Position numbers and translations under genes: made by a program. This document shows positions 37,885-51,116 of a DNA stretch of 64,000 bases, in pieces (the first letter of the stretch is position 1; each line of letters begins with the position of its first letter). The DNA is taken from positions 96,412,001 to 96,476,000 of the forward strand of contig NC_058368.1 of NCBI RefSeq assembly GCF_018350175.1, in the 5' to 3' direction. Below the pieces are notes generated by a model. That model was given only the letters and a program-made list of their open reading frames with translations. It ran no database searches and had not been told where the DNA came from. This stretch comes from Felis catus. Lineage: Eukaryota.

Positions 37885-38060
37885 CAGGGACTCTTACAAG
37901 ATTTTTGTGTGTGTATTCATTCATACAATACTTACAATAACCCTACGAGGGAAATTCATCCTTTATTCCATTTTACAGATCAGAAAGAGAGGCATGGCAC
38001 CATCTAATTTATCCAGGTTCCCATTTGGGCAAGTGTTAGAATACACTTGGGCTCCAGCTT
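37885..38060 (-). mobile_element. MIR SINE
   Basis: cttacaataaccctacgagg..attccattttacagatcagaaagagaggc. Confidence 0.65.
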
Positions 38061-38079
38061 AAAAAGTGCTCCAAAGCTT

Positions 38080-38222
38080 GGCTTTTCAAAGTATAGTTCA
38101 CAACCTGACCATCTCAGCATCTCCTGGAAACTTGTCCTAATTAAAGAATTTCAGCTCTGCTGCTCAAAATCTACTCCTAGGTGTGATTTATAAATATATT
38201 AAAGTTTGAGAAGTAGTCATCT
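38080..38222. mobile_element. MER5-like hAT DNA transposon
   Basis: tttcaaagtatagttc..cagcatctcctggaaacttgt..aggtgtgatttat..ttaaagtttgagaagtagt. Confidence 0.6.
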
Positions 38223-38988
38223 AAAGCACCGTACTCTGTCACCCTGCATCTCAATGCTACACTGCCTTCTAAGTAACAGTTAAAAAGATGCATCAGAAAT
38301 AATATTTGCTGTTTTATAGTTACCTTGAAGTCACATGTTTTTCAGAACTCAAGATAACTCTTTTGTACTACATTAACTAATGAAGAAAAATGATGATGAA
38401 AGAAATTTTCTGACTCTACTCAGTGACAGAGTGGTATTTCTCAGTTTTGATTCTAGCTATCCTCTGTTACACAAATTAAAAATTGAGATTCCAATGAATT
38501 CTCTCCATTTATTGATATAAACCATCATAATATTTTCAGTATCAATCAGCTCAAAGAAGACACATATTGTTTTTCAGAAGATAGAATGCATTTTAAACCG
38601 GGAATAAGGGGGAAAAAAGGTTTTCCTGTCACTTTTCTGCATTTGCATTAAAATATCATTTCTGTCTGTTTTCAAAGAAACATTGAAAATAAAATGTACA
38701 CATCAAGTCTGTTGCTATTAAACAACTAGTAAAAACTATATTTAGAATATGATCTCATTTCTTTAAAAATACTGGTGTCTGTGCAAAAATCTGGTGGTTT
38801 ATTTCCTTAAAAGAATATTGTAATCATGTGATTCTGTTTCTTTAAACCTATGATGATCATCATCTCTCTCTCTCTCTCTCTCTCTCTTTCCATCCAACAG
38901 ATTTATTGAGCTCTGAAATGCCAGGTATAGGTGCTGGGGAAATAAAAGAAAATAGACACAGTCTTTGTCCTCAAGGGGCTTACATTTT

Positions 38989-39195
38989 TTTTCTCTATTT
39001 TTTTCCCTTTATTTTAGAGAGAGAGAGAGTGCGAGCAGAGGAGAGGGACAGAGGGGGAAAGAGAGAGAGAATCTTAAGCAGACTGCATGCTCAGCACAGA
39101 ATCTGATGAGGGGCTTGATCCCATGACCCAGGGATCATGACCTGAACCAAAATCAAGAGTCAGATGCTCAACCGACTGAACCACCCAGGTGTTCT
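38989..39195 (-). mobile_element. CAN-SINE inserted in an L2 3' end (38890-38988)
   Basis: Perfect 16-bp TSD AAGGGGCTTACATTTT. Confidence 0.95.
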
Positions 39196-40234
39196 AAGGG
39201 GCTTACATTTTAAACTAACAACACTTTTCTGAGTAGCAAGTAAAGCTAAGCTTACCAGTGGTAGACCAGAAATATCTGTATAGGCAAGGAGATTAATATA
39301 CTAGATTTTATTAAATCTCTTCTGAGAACTTAAAATCAGTATGCTTATTTGATGCCTTTAAAGTGAGGAGAATATCAATCAACAATGAAGGCTATGTCTA
39401 AAATAGCTGCTATGCAAAATACTAAGTCAAACTAAATTTCTTAAAAGATAACAATTAACTTCTAAACCTATGCTATAGAGGTTATTTTCTAATTAGTTAA
39501 TGTACACTAAAATTCTCAGTTTCAATTCATCTCTGCCAAATACTCTGGAATAAAAGTATCCAGAGCTCTAATGTATCTATTTATATCGGTCTTTATATGA
39601 TAATCACTGTATGTAATTTTTATGTTTACATCATTATTTCATTGTCTCAAAGACAGTTTACACTGTTCAATATATTCCAGAGGAAATATGTCTAATGAAC
39701 AAATATAAACAAGAATAATATTTTTGCTGAAACTTGATAATAGCCTTGAATTAACTATTTTAACAAATCTGAAATTGCAGAACATTAGTTTAGAAGAGAG
39801 AATTATCCAAAACCAGGCTACATAAAAATGATCTATTCGTATGTCCCCAGGTCACAAGCCTGGGCAATATCTTTAAATATCTTCAATGTGTTTTTTTCTG
39901 ATTTTGTATATTACAGCAGGGAGGCTACACATAAGGATAGAAGAAAGAAGTCTAAATACCTAAGTATAAAGTACTCAAAAGGTGAAATAGAGTATCCCAT
40001 CAAGCTTTAAAAGGAAAATGACCTTCAACTTTATTACTTTTCTTAAAAAGGTGCTCTTGACTGAATGAGAGGGGCATTAACTGCCTGGCAAAAGTGAAAG
40101 AATGTTTCCACTACCTGTAGCGGTTAACTTGTGTGGCCTCACCTCTATTTCTTACCAGAGTTCTCTACTCTAAATCTCCTGATCTGAAAAACATTGCTCA
40201 CAAACTTCCTTCCATCCCCTAAAGCATCTATGGA

Positions 40235-40394
40235 TTTTTTTTTTTTTCAGAGAAAGAGTGAATGAGCAGGGGAGGGAAAGAGGGAGATTTTGAGAGAGAG
40301 AGAGGCAGACAGACAGACAGAGACAGAGAATCTCTATGCTCAGCGCAGAGATGATGCAGAGCTTGATCCCAGGACCCTGGGATCATGATCCAAG
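40235..40394 (-). mobile_element. 5'-truncated CAN-SINE
   Basis: T tail and (GA)/(GACA) tract; body stops at gatcatgatccaag; flanks ctatggattttt/ctattgttttt. Confidence 0.85.
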
Positions 40395-40449
40395 CTATTG
40401 TTTTTTTGAAGGACCACAGGCTGGTTTTTGAAATGGATGATCATGAATG

Positions 40450-41200
40450 TGAGGTAACTATACAATTTTTAAAAAGACAAATAATCCAACTTGAAAAAAT
40501 GTGTTAAGAATGTGATTAGGCGACATATCCCCACCCCCCACCAACACACATCCACACACACAAATCTTTGCACATCAACAACTGTGGTATCAATTTTTAT
40601 CTTTTAGTTTAGTCAAAGTTAGAAAGTTTAATATGGGCAATGCTGTGAGCTTGAGTGGAAAGGGAAACTTTCATACATTTTTTTTTATTGGCAGTATAAA
40701 CTGAAACTATCTTTTAGGAAGATATTTTGGTGGAACCTAATAAAATTTTAAAAGTACATATCCTTGGACCCAGCAATATCACTTCCAAAAATTCACCCTA
40801 TAAAATACAGACAAACATGTGCCATGTTTTATGTACAAATCATCGATGATTGTAAGTACTATACATTAAAGAAAAAAATGGAACGAGTGAGCCAAATTTA
40901 TGTAAGGTGATACAGGAAACCTAAGACATTTCATTAAACAGAAATGCAATCTATTGGTACTACAAAGTTAGTATTCTGCTTTACATACTTATATCTTTCT
41001 CTATATATTCTTGATTATGTTTATAAAAATTCCTGAAACAAACACACACACACACAAATGCAAGAGTGCTTAAATCTGGAAAGTAGGACTGCATGGGGTC
41101 ACACAGGAGCGGACTTTGTTTCCTGCTGTATACCCCTGTATTGCTTATTTTAATGTTTTTTGAGACATGCATTCATTTGGAGCATACAAAAACATGATAA
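40450..41200 (+). mobile_element. Ancient L1ME 3' region
   Basis: ttggcagtataaactgaaactatcttttagga; catatccttggacccagcaatatcacttcc. Confidence 0.7.
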
Positions 41201-42499
41201 AAGAATGATAAATTACCAGAAAGTCATGTCCACCCATAAAACGCTATCCCAATCTCTTTTATTAAGTCCTTCAATGACGGTACAGTACCATCAAGATAAA
41301 AACCTTGGAAATCGGTTACAAAAGATGAACAATGCAGAAGAAACTAAAGGGAGCAATCGTCAGAAATCAACAGTTACTGACAATAAAGCAAGAATGGGTA
41401 ATAAAGGCAGACAGGTGTTCCATCGCTCTCATACCTCAAAAGTAAAATGAAAGAAAAGAATAACAGAGCCAGCTTCACTGTGTTCTAAAAAGCATAGACC
41501 TTCCTTGACACCTGTGCATTAATTATCCCCGTCACTGAGGCTTCAGACATCATTGCCAACCTACTGTTTATTTGTCTGCCTTTTCTATACACACTGCGCT
41601 TCTTGGAGGCTGTAAACCATTATTTATTTTTATTTTTTTTATTTTTGGGGTACCTCCTCTAGATACCTGGCACACAGCAGAAAACTTCATATGTTACTGT
41701 GAATCAACGAATGAATGCCCTGCATTTACACACTGCAGAGGGCAAACAGCAAAAAGGAAACTTCTTCAGGAAATGTTCTTATGAGGGAAAAGAGCCATGG
41801 TTATCTCAAACTCTGATGTCCTTCATGTCTCAGGAAGCCAAAAGTTACTGACGCTTGCCCAGTGTTCTGAGAGTTATTATATTATAGATATATTAAATAA
41901 TCATGTTATAATGCACAATCTTTCCTCCATGAGGGGGTGAGGTCATTAAAGGCTAATCTTAGTTGTTTTTGTATCCTTAGTGCCTAGTAATGCAAGTTCC
42001 AAATAACACACATTCATTTATATTTGCTAAGTTGAAATGAATTGTACAGAAAATTAACGGACAGTAAAAATGTTAATTAACTGTTTTCTTAAATCAATAG
42101 TATAACTTTAGATCAATGCTATGATACAGAGCAGTCATATGCATTATGTGTATGTGTATTTATGGGACTTTAAAGCATTATACTAAGGTAACAAAGGACA
42201 TTAATTACATATTTAGTCTGTGATATTTCATATAATAAATATATCCCAAATTTATGTAATTTAGAGCATTATTCTACTTTCATAATGACCAGAAGTTTAT
42301 AGCTGCTGGGTCTTCAATAACATAACGTGCTATTGGTGAGAACTGTAATTTATTTGATGACAAATTCTTAATATCATAAACATCAATTTTAATATTGCTC
42401 TGCGGAAGACCAAGTTCTTTTGCCAATTCATTTCATAATTTGCTTTCAAGGAATACAGCAAACTGAAAAGTGTGTTAGTGGAACTAGCGATATGAATAA

Positions 42500-42700
42500 C
42501 AAACAGTTATGTAGCTATTATTAGGGGTCATATTTTTTTCCACACACCTGACACCTGATTATACCATTTCCATTTTTCAAATGCGGAACCTGAGTTATAA
42601 CAAGGGTTAATAACCAGGCAAAGTTCACAGATGTGGTAAACAGTAACTTCCAAATTTGAATCCTGGAAGTTTGGCCCCAGAGACTCTGCTTTTAACCACG
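42500..42700 (-). mobile_element. MIR SINE
   Basis: tccatttttcaaatgcggaacctgag..aatttgaatcctggaagtttggccccagagactctgcttttaaccac. Confidence 0.75.
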
Positions 42701-43008
42701 GGACAAAATTCTCTCTTTGAAAACCCAAATAACGAAGAGTTCTTATGATGGCAGGAACATGTGGGCATTATACAATGTTGTAAGTTCACTACACTAATTG
42801 TGTCATTTCACGTATATGTATATATTTATGTGTGTGTGTGTGTGTGTGGTTAGGATTTCTCTATATCTACACAGTATGCATGAGATAGAGAGAACAGGGC
42901 AGAGATTAGACAAAGGGAAGAAGAAGGAGTGGGAATAGCTATTTTCCTTTAGGAACAGAGAGCTATCCGTTAGTTTTATTCCAAGGCCTGCTTGTCACAG
43001 ATGTGTGG

Positions 43009-43257
43009 TTTTTTTATGTTTGTTTTCTTTCTTTTTTTTTTTTACCGCATTTTTTTTAGTGTGTATTTAGTTTTGAGGGAGACAGCACAAGAGGGAGAGG
43101 AGCAGAGAGACAGGAGGAGACAGAGGGAGACAGAGGATCCCACGCAGGCTCTGTGCTGACAGCACAGAGCCCGATGTGGGGCTTGAACTCGCAAACTGCG
43201 AGATCGTGACCTGAGCTGAAGTGGGACGCTTAACCGACGGAGCCTCCCAGGTGCCCC
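43009..43257 (-). mobile_element. CAN-SINE (SINEC_Fc)
   Basis: Antisense consensus ending ccaggtgcccc. Confidence 0.93.
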
Positions 43258-43427
43258 TTGCTTTGCTACATGTTCAAGTCAAGACAGAATGATAGGCTAC
43301 AGAGGGGAATAAATGTAATCACTACTTCACGGCTATTGGCATCACCCAAGAGCTTGTTATCAATGAGGAATTTCAGATACCACCGCAGACCAACTGAACC
43401 AAAATACTAATTCAGACAAATTCCCAG

Positions 43428-43943
43428 TGTTGGGGGATCTTCTCCATGAATAGCTCATACTATCAAGTCTTCTGAGAAAAAAAAAAAAATGTTGAGAGCT
43501 TTTGTTTTCAAGAATGTTTGTATAGCAAATAGTCTTAGAAGAGAGAGATAGTATCTCTCTCCAGAAGAGAGAGGTAAATATGTTTGCTGTTGAGGTTAAT
43601 AATAATGTCTCCCTCTGGAGCAAGGGTAGAGCAGATTTGTTTGCATCTCTTCCTAAGATTAAGATTTCTTACATTCCAGGTTACTCAGTGGTGAGGCAAA
43701 TTCACAGCATGCACAGCCACCCCCTAGACTACTCTGCATTGCCCCATGGGACTTGGGACTTGAAGAGCAAGGGAAACTCATGTGAACATAAACCTCATGC
43801 TGCCCACTATATCATGAGTAATAAATTCTTTTGTCTCTGGACCATGAATCTCATGTCTTCTGTCCCAGAAACGAAACTGTGGGAGGCTAACTAACATCTT
43901 TGCCTGAAGTAAGGTAAAAACCTCACACTGTCTACAGTTGACA
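43428..43943 (+). mobile_element. LTR40-like ERVL solo LTR, full length
   Basis: TGTTGGGGGA..GTTGACA termini, gtaataaa poly(A) signal, perfect 5-bp TSD CCCAG (43423-43427, 43944-43948). Confidence 0.9.
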
Positions 43944-44259
43944 CCCAGCTATTTGTATGCACTTTAATGTTTGATAAGCATGCAGGCTACCTCACTTCAA
44001 ATTAGCAGATAAATAAGCATGGAAGACAAACTCAAATGCGAGCCCACACAAGCATTGTTTAAAAGAAGGGTTCCGCCTGTTTTAGTGTGCTGACACAAGA
44101 CTGATGTAGTGACACAGTTGGATAGCTCAGCTCTTCCAAGTCCATTCTTCCAGAAAAAATAAATAAATAATGATTTTGGGGGAAGAGAAGGAAAAAAGCT
44201 CTTACTTCAACTCTTCCAGCATAAGCATAGATTCACAATTTTAAAAAGACATGACCCTT

Positions 44260-44432
44260 GGGGCACCTGGGTGGCTCAGTTGTTTGAGTGTCCGACTTCC
44301 ACTCAGGTCATGATCTCGCAGCTTGTGAGTTCAAGCTCTGGATTCTGTGTCTCCCTCTCTTTCTGCCCCTCCCCTGCTCATGCTCTGTCTCTCTCTCTAT
44401 CTCAAAAACAAATAAACATTCCAAAAAAAAAT
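44260..44432 (+). mobile_element. CAN-SINE with internal deletion
   Basis: Head and tail present, middle segment missing (gagttcaagctct|ggattctgtg); TSD ttaaaaa(g/c)acatgacc. Confidence 0.93.
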
Positions 44433-46837
44433 TTAAAAACACATGACCTGTAATTTCCTGGATTTAGGTAAGCGGCACGTGGTCTGAAGTTGAAATTGCA
44501 CACTAAGAGATTCCATCCATGTGCTTCATCCACTCACGCTTCCCTCGTTTACAACCTCCCAGAAAGAAAGACTTTGGCTCTTACATGAGAGATGCCACTG
44601 AAAGAGAAACTTCTCTTTTCCTCAACTTCAGTTTTGACCAATTAGTACTTAGAAAGAAGCATTCTTTTAAGAAAAATTTACTTTCCATATTCCTGATTCT
44701 ACACATTGACACCATTATTTTCTACCTCTCTGGAATGCCCCAAATGAATCTTCTGACATCGCTTCCTGGGCGGGACTCATTCCTCCTGAGAAGAGGGACT
44801 TGTCTGACCAGGACAACTAGAAGGAGCCCCACTTACATTAGTGCATGGCTGTGGTTCGGGCAGGGTAACTTTCTGGAGGAGAACCTTCCCTTGTGTTTGG
44901 GTCTGCTCTCCTACTGTTCACTGCATGGATCACAGACAGGACACCTCTCTGCTTTCCCACTCCTGCTTGCAGCCAGGAAGTTGCTGAGAAAGTAAGATCA
45001 ATTCAAGATGGAAACTGCTTCAAGGAGCATCACCCAATCCATCTTTACCAGCAATAACTATGACACTTTTAGATCCGGGTCCTAATTGGGCTCCTCATTC
45101 TATTCAGGAACTCTGATGTATTATCATTCCAAGTCCTCATCCTCATGATGACTTATTATTACTAATGCCATATGTTCATGGTCATCCAGGAAGTGGATTG
45201 CTTACTAAAAAATTAAAAGGGAAAGCAGAAAACGTGCCTGAGAAACACTAAAAACTTATTTATTTTTCCTGCTAAAAATGCTGAGGGATACCTCCTGTGA
45301 GAAGATGAAGCACATTTTCTAATTCTCTGATGTGACAAAGTTCTAAGATAAGTCAGGCTGTTCCTGTCCAAAATTCCTATAAGGGGAATTTATAGCCTGA
45401 CTAGTTTATCCTGAGAACAGATTTCAGATAAACTCCCAGGCACAGAGACAGAGGAAGGAAAATGATGGCTGGGAAAATAGATGTCACAGAGGCTCACAGA
45501 CGGGAATGAGCTGTCACACTAATAGCGGACGGGAGCCACAAAGGGTCAGTAAGGCCCAGGAATGAGTGTGGACACACAAGGAAAGCATCATACCCCAAGG
45601 GGGTACTGTTGGCAACTCCACTTGGAAAGAGAGAAGATAAGTCAGACACTAAACACTGCAGGAAAATTGCATCAGGGGTGCAGGGTATTGGACAAAGAGG
45701 ACCCAATCCAGAGACCCAAAACTTGGACTCACTTTTGAGGCTTACTAATTCCATCTGGGTGTAAATCACCATTTCTTCATCTTTAGAACATAAGGAGATA
45801 GACTTGATTAGCTTTCCATTTTTTCTCCCAGACCTGACATTCTACAGTTCTAATGAAGAAATTGATACTTTTAAATCTTTGGTATTGGTAATTGGTATTT
45901 TTAGACCTTTGGCAATAGAGTGAAGGAGACCCTGTCAATCTAAATAATCTATGGGGGTAAAGTAAGTAACAGTGCAAAGTGCACCAAGGTGGCTCCCCAA
46001 ATTCTCTCTCCTGGTAAAAAACAATGGCCGTGAACTCAGGTGATCACAATGAGTTAAGAAGCAGTGAAAATAGGAGGAAGGTCTGACAGATCTCCCAAGT
46101 CAAACAAATAAATAAGATGAATGAAATAGAAACCTGAGATATGACTTTGTAAAATAATGAACACAGTTTCTTTTGAAAACAATACTGTCTATAAAAAGGT
46201 CATCTGGACCTCTATTCAGAAGGAAAGGGGTGCCTTAATTATTAATTAACACAATAGTATCTGTGAAAATTTGTTTGAGCTCTTGAAGCAACTATGAATA
46301 ATAGAAAAGGGTTCGGTGACCAGAAGCAGCCAGGTTGTTTCCCTAAGGTGAATTTCTCTAAGTCTCTGCATCTGTAAAAATCTTTGACTAGATCACACTA
46401 GAATAACAAAAAAATCTTCCACTCTAATCCAAGTCTCTCCTAGAATAGCTAAGACATGGAGCATATTTTTGTTCTTTCTATGGTGACAAGATTCATCAAT
46501 GAAAATACCAGGAGATGTCTATTCAGAAGTTCTGCCAGGAATATTTACACACCGAGCAGTTTGCCCCTAAACAAAACAAAACAAACAAAAACTTGGGAGT
46601 TGTTCTGAAACAGCAAAGGAAACTTGATTTGGCATGTCCTTGCTTCCTGAATACTCATAAGCTTATCTTTGGAACCAAAAGCAATTCTATGCTAAAATTT
46701 CAAAGTTCTCAGCTTGGCTGGCTCTAACTTTTGCTCCTGACTACAAAAGCTCAGTGATGGCACCTGCACATTATCTCCATGCTGAAATGCACATTCTTCT
46801 TTGATATCTTTGTCTGGCACATCCTCTTTAATTTTGC

Positions 46838-46840
<3 letters not shown>

Positions 46841-46887
<47 letters not shown>
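46841..46887. repeat. (CA)n microsatellite
   Basis: Perfect AC run. Confidence 0.97.
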
Positions 46888-46892
<5 letters not shown>

Positions 46893-47766
46893 CAATGAAT
46901 AAAACCACAAAGTGTTGCATATCTGCTTCCTTTCTTGGAATGAGATTCCAAGTCTCTCTAGCTAAAAAGCGTTCAGTCGTTACGTGCTGATGCATGAATT
47001 ATAGAGCTACACAATGTAATTGCTCAGTAATTAGGTGACAGGGATAGAAAACTACCTTCAGCCTGGATGAGCTACTCCGCTAGGATGCAGAGATCCATGT
47101 TGCTCCATCTCTCGTGATGATCAAGCAGGGCTCAGAGGGCTATTTATACCCCCTTTTGAATGCCTTGCCTGCTCAGAAGTCCCTTTCCTAAAATTTACAT
47201 AAAAACAGACAGTTATTTTAACTTGACTAAATGTAGAATTTTTTACGGTTATTATTTCTGAGCCCCATGCAAAGTTTCACAAACATGCTCATTTACCAGA
47301 GATAATTATGTGTGATTTTCTCCTTTAATGAAAGATAAATAATTTGGCAGTCTTGCTTCACATATTTTTCTATTTCAATACAATTCATTGTTTGCTGGTG
47401 TGTTCTTTATTCTGGTACTAGTTAGAGTGCAGAATGAAAGAGTTTTCTTTAGAGCAATTGTGCTGGTTTTCTGTAAGGCACCGCTGTTCATACGAGGTTT
47501 ATAAAAGACCATTAAAGGCTGATATTACATTAGGTTCTGCTCATAATGATGTAGCTCTTTGTTTACAACTTACATAATTCGCTGTAGTGGCAAAGCCTCA
47601 TCAAATTGGGACAAAGGAATAGAAAGTACATTTCTGGGAGCCTAAATAGGATGGACAAGCTTTGACCAGCTCTAGCTTTCATTGTGTTTCTTTGAATTAA
47701 ATCAGGAGCCGTGTTCCCAGGCTTCAATTTGGAAGAGCAGTCATTCATTGTTTTCTTATATGAGAT

Positions 47767-47767
<1 letters not shown>

Positions 47768-47816
<49 letters not shown>

Positions 47817-47832
47817 CGCGCACATGTGCACA
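47768..47832. repeat. (TG)n(CG)6 microsatellite
   Basis: 65-bp alternating purine/pyrimidine tract. Confidence 0.97.
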
Positions 47833-48092
47833 GGTAGTTAATATATTAAAGGTAAAACCCATATAGAAAAAATGCAGGAATATATGGCTCCAACATACGG
47901 GAGAGTCCATATGATAAACTCCCACTTAACCCTGGATGCAGACTGGATTCTCCATGTGAAAGAAACATTTGCATGTAGTCTGGGCAGACACAGTCGAACT
48001 CAAAAGCCAGAAATCAACCTATGCTCCAATCTATTTTTCTTGACACTAGAGCCATTCAAAGAAATTTCTATGATGACAGAAATAATCTTGAT

Positions 48093-48245
48093 CTGCTTTA
48101 TCCAACATGGTAGCCACTAGCCTCATACCGTCATTGAGCACATGAAATACTCTACCAAAGAACTCAATTTTTAACATTGAAGTTTGATTTAAGTTAAATG
48201 TTGATACTTCTATGTGGCTAGTGCCCATTTTATTGGATAGCACAG
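48093..48245. mobile_element. MER3 hAT-Charlie DNA transposon
   Basis: Inverted termini tccaacatggtagccactagcc / atgtggctagtgcccattttattggatagcacag. Confidence 0.85.
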
Positions 48246-48639
48246 CTTTTTATTAATCACTAGGGTAGGAGCAAACCACCAAGTTTTCCCAAGACCAAGC
48301 AACATCAGCTTACACATAGATACACCTTGCGTTCCATGTGTATCTGACCGGAAGTTGAATAGGCACACAGTCTGCAACTTTACACACTATGCCATGAAGG
48401 AGTTATGAAGCTGAATGGAAATGGGAGGATGTCTCCTTCTCCTTCTCCATCAGGAGATCAGGACCAAATTAACTTGGTGGGCAGCCAACACCACTTCACT
48501 GTGAAGCCTGTTATGTTTTGAAGTCTTCACTATTACTGCACTGCCGCCTTCTACCTCCTCCTCCTTTAAGTATGTGTATTTAGATCACACTCTGAGTACA
48601 GCATGGTTACTAAGAGTAGGATGGGAGGGAAGAATGATT

Positions 48640-49525
48640 CCCCTACAATCTGTTCTATGGCAAAGGCAGAGTGATATTTTCTAAATGCCAACCCTATTCA
48701 CATACAACGTCATAATCTAATCTCTACTTGCATGCCACATGGGCATGTCTGAACTCCTATTCTAACATGGTGAAATACCTAACATACAATATGATACAAT
48801 GTTTCATTTCCCCCCAGATCCGTTCTTCTCTTGATCTTCTCCACTTTGTCATGTGTCCTCACCATTCACCCCAGTGCACACAAGGGTTTACACCCCGAGG
48901 GGGTTTCTCCCCCTCTTTCCACACCCACATTCTGTATCTAATCCATCAGGAAGTCCTATTAGCTCTCTCTTCAGAAATCTGTCTAAAATCTGATCTTCCT
49001 CCACAAAAAAACTGTCTTTCTATCCTTACACCTATCTTTATATCCCCCCCTACTAGCCATAATGGCTGACCCACGCTTTATGGTGGGGAGACCCTAATAT
49101 ATATACCCAAACTACCTTTCTTAACCCATCTCAACTCCTGTGCTATCCTGCTGCCTCTTTCATAGCCTTCTCACTGTTCCCCAAATCCCCTAAGCTCATA
49201 CCCTCCCTGAAGCTTTTCACCTACTCTTCCCAGACTGGAATGCTCTTCCCCACATCTTCTGTAACTCATCTGCTAACTTCGGTTCTCCTGATCACTGTCA
49301 CTGGTCATTCCCTATCCCCTTACTCTATTTGATCTTCTTTACAACACATGTCATTGCATGACATTATATCATTTCTTAACTATTTTTCCTTGGCTTTTTC
49401 TATGAGGATATATGTCTCCATGAAATCAAGGATCTTGCAGGTCTTATACACAGATATCAGCACACAGAACAGGGTTCAAAATTTAACGGGTGCTCAAATA
49501 TTTGTTACATAGATTAATGAAATTT
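48640..49525 (+). mobile_element. L2 3' relic
   Basis: aatccatcaggaagtcctattagctct, ctggaatgctcttcccc, ctccatgaaatcaagga, gtgctcaaatatttgttacatagattaatgaa tail. Confidence 0.75.
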
Positions 49526-50906
49526 GATTATGTCACTCACCCAAACACATATGCTCAGTGAAACCCAGATGCATGAAGAGACACACTTGCCACAGGTATC
49601 AAAATACTACATGGACACACTCAGAAAGACACACATGCCACATGAAGAAACACACTGAAACTCCTTAAAGCATTCAGAGACTTCTTGTTTTGGCGATAAT
49701 GAAAAACATCGTTGGCTTTGGTAACAAGCTTTTGCACAACATGGCTCCACTTATCTCTCTAGCATCAACTTAAATGCACCCCAGTCAGCCCGTGCACTCT
49801 AGCCGCACCAACCTTCTCTCCGTCCCTTGAACTCAACATATTCCTTCACATGAAAATAGTTTGGGTATATCCACCACTTGGAAGGCCCCTCTTTTCTCCT
49901 GTCCAATTTAATTTCTAGTCAACATTCATAGGTTAGAAGAAGAGTCCTTTCCACATGGAAACACTTGCTGGACTCCCTAAGAGAGTCTTCCTATTTAAGC
50001 TTGAGACTTCTGTGAATGAATAAACAAATGAATGAATGTCAATGATGCTACTTATGGTTATTGGGCCTCTGAGTACATCTGAGTATTGAAATTATATCTT
50101 TACTTGCTGCTACAGTATTTCAAAAGTAATTAAAACTCATGTGCCGTTAAACACAAGTCACATTCTCCCAAGTTGAAAGGATGCAGTCAGAGAGATGGAA
50201 TGGACCAGCAGGCTTTGCACGCTTTCCATCACCATAATGGTGACAGAGATAAAGTTGACATTGCAGAAGTTACCAGAGCTTCTATTTACCTACTGATATT
50301 TACTGTGTTCCCCCAGGACAGCCAGTAACATCATTTACTTCAGATAAGGTAAGGTTGACAACGCGCTGAACATTAAAAGGAAAAGCACCTGGGTAAAACG
50401 AAAACAACACTATGTCCTGGCAAGGGGAAGAGACGGATGGGCCATAAATAAATGTGAGTTCATTAAACATCAGCAAATGGCTACAGCAAGGATTGGCATG
50501 GTGTGTACTATGTCATTTTCATGAGAGTATTTTCTAAATATCATTTACAAAAAGAATACAAGTAAGAGGGTTATTAGGAAAACAATTTTAAAGGTATAGA
50601 CTGAAATGGAAGAATTTGGATTTCCTGAAGTACCCATTGGCTAAATAGTTATACTTATTCACTTATTGTAAAGGAAAGAGGCATGGCTCTACAATTTCAG
50701 GATCTGTCAGACCCCTGAGCAACTAACTCACAAGTCGCTGAAGAAAATCCTTTAGGTAACTACACTGTTTTCATGGGGCTGACAGATTCAGCGATTGTGC
50801 AGAAGTTTGGGGATGGCAGGCAAGACTCCCAATATCCAAAGTGTTCATGGTAACAGTGCTTGTTCAGATTCTGCTGTACACTGATGGTAGAGTTCTCTGT
50901 ATACTT

Positions 50907-51116
50907 TATTTATTTATTTTCTAAATATTTTTAATGTTTTTTTTTGAGACAGAGTGAGACAGAGCATGAATGGGGGAGGGGCAGAGAGAGAGGAAGACAG
51001 AATCTGAAGCAGCCTCCAGGCTCCGACCTGCAGCATGGCGCTTGAACCCACAGACCATGAGATCATGACCTGAGCTGAATTCGGACACTCAACCAACTGA
51101 GCCATCCAGGTCCCCC
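50907..51116 (-). mobile_element. CAN-SINE (SINEC_Fc)
   Basis: Antisense consensus with internal deletion; TSD core tatac(t/c)tt. Confidence 0.92.

Noticed and set aside
44519..44995. Longest ORF (158 aa) as a CDS
   Set aside because: No recognisable domain, no supporting splice structure, composition typical of non-coding DNA
20248..51105. Recurrent ORFs starting MAQ(S/L)V..SAQVMIS as a gene family
   Set aside because: They are translations of CAN-SINE heads with GTG/TTG starts
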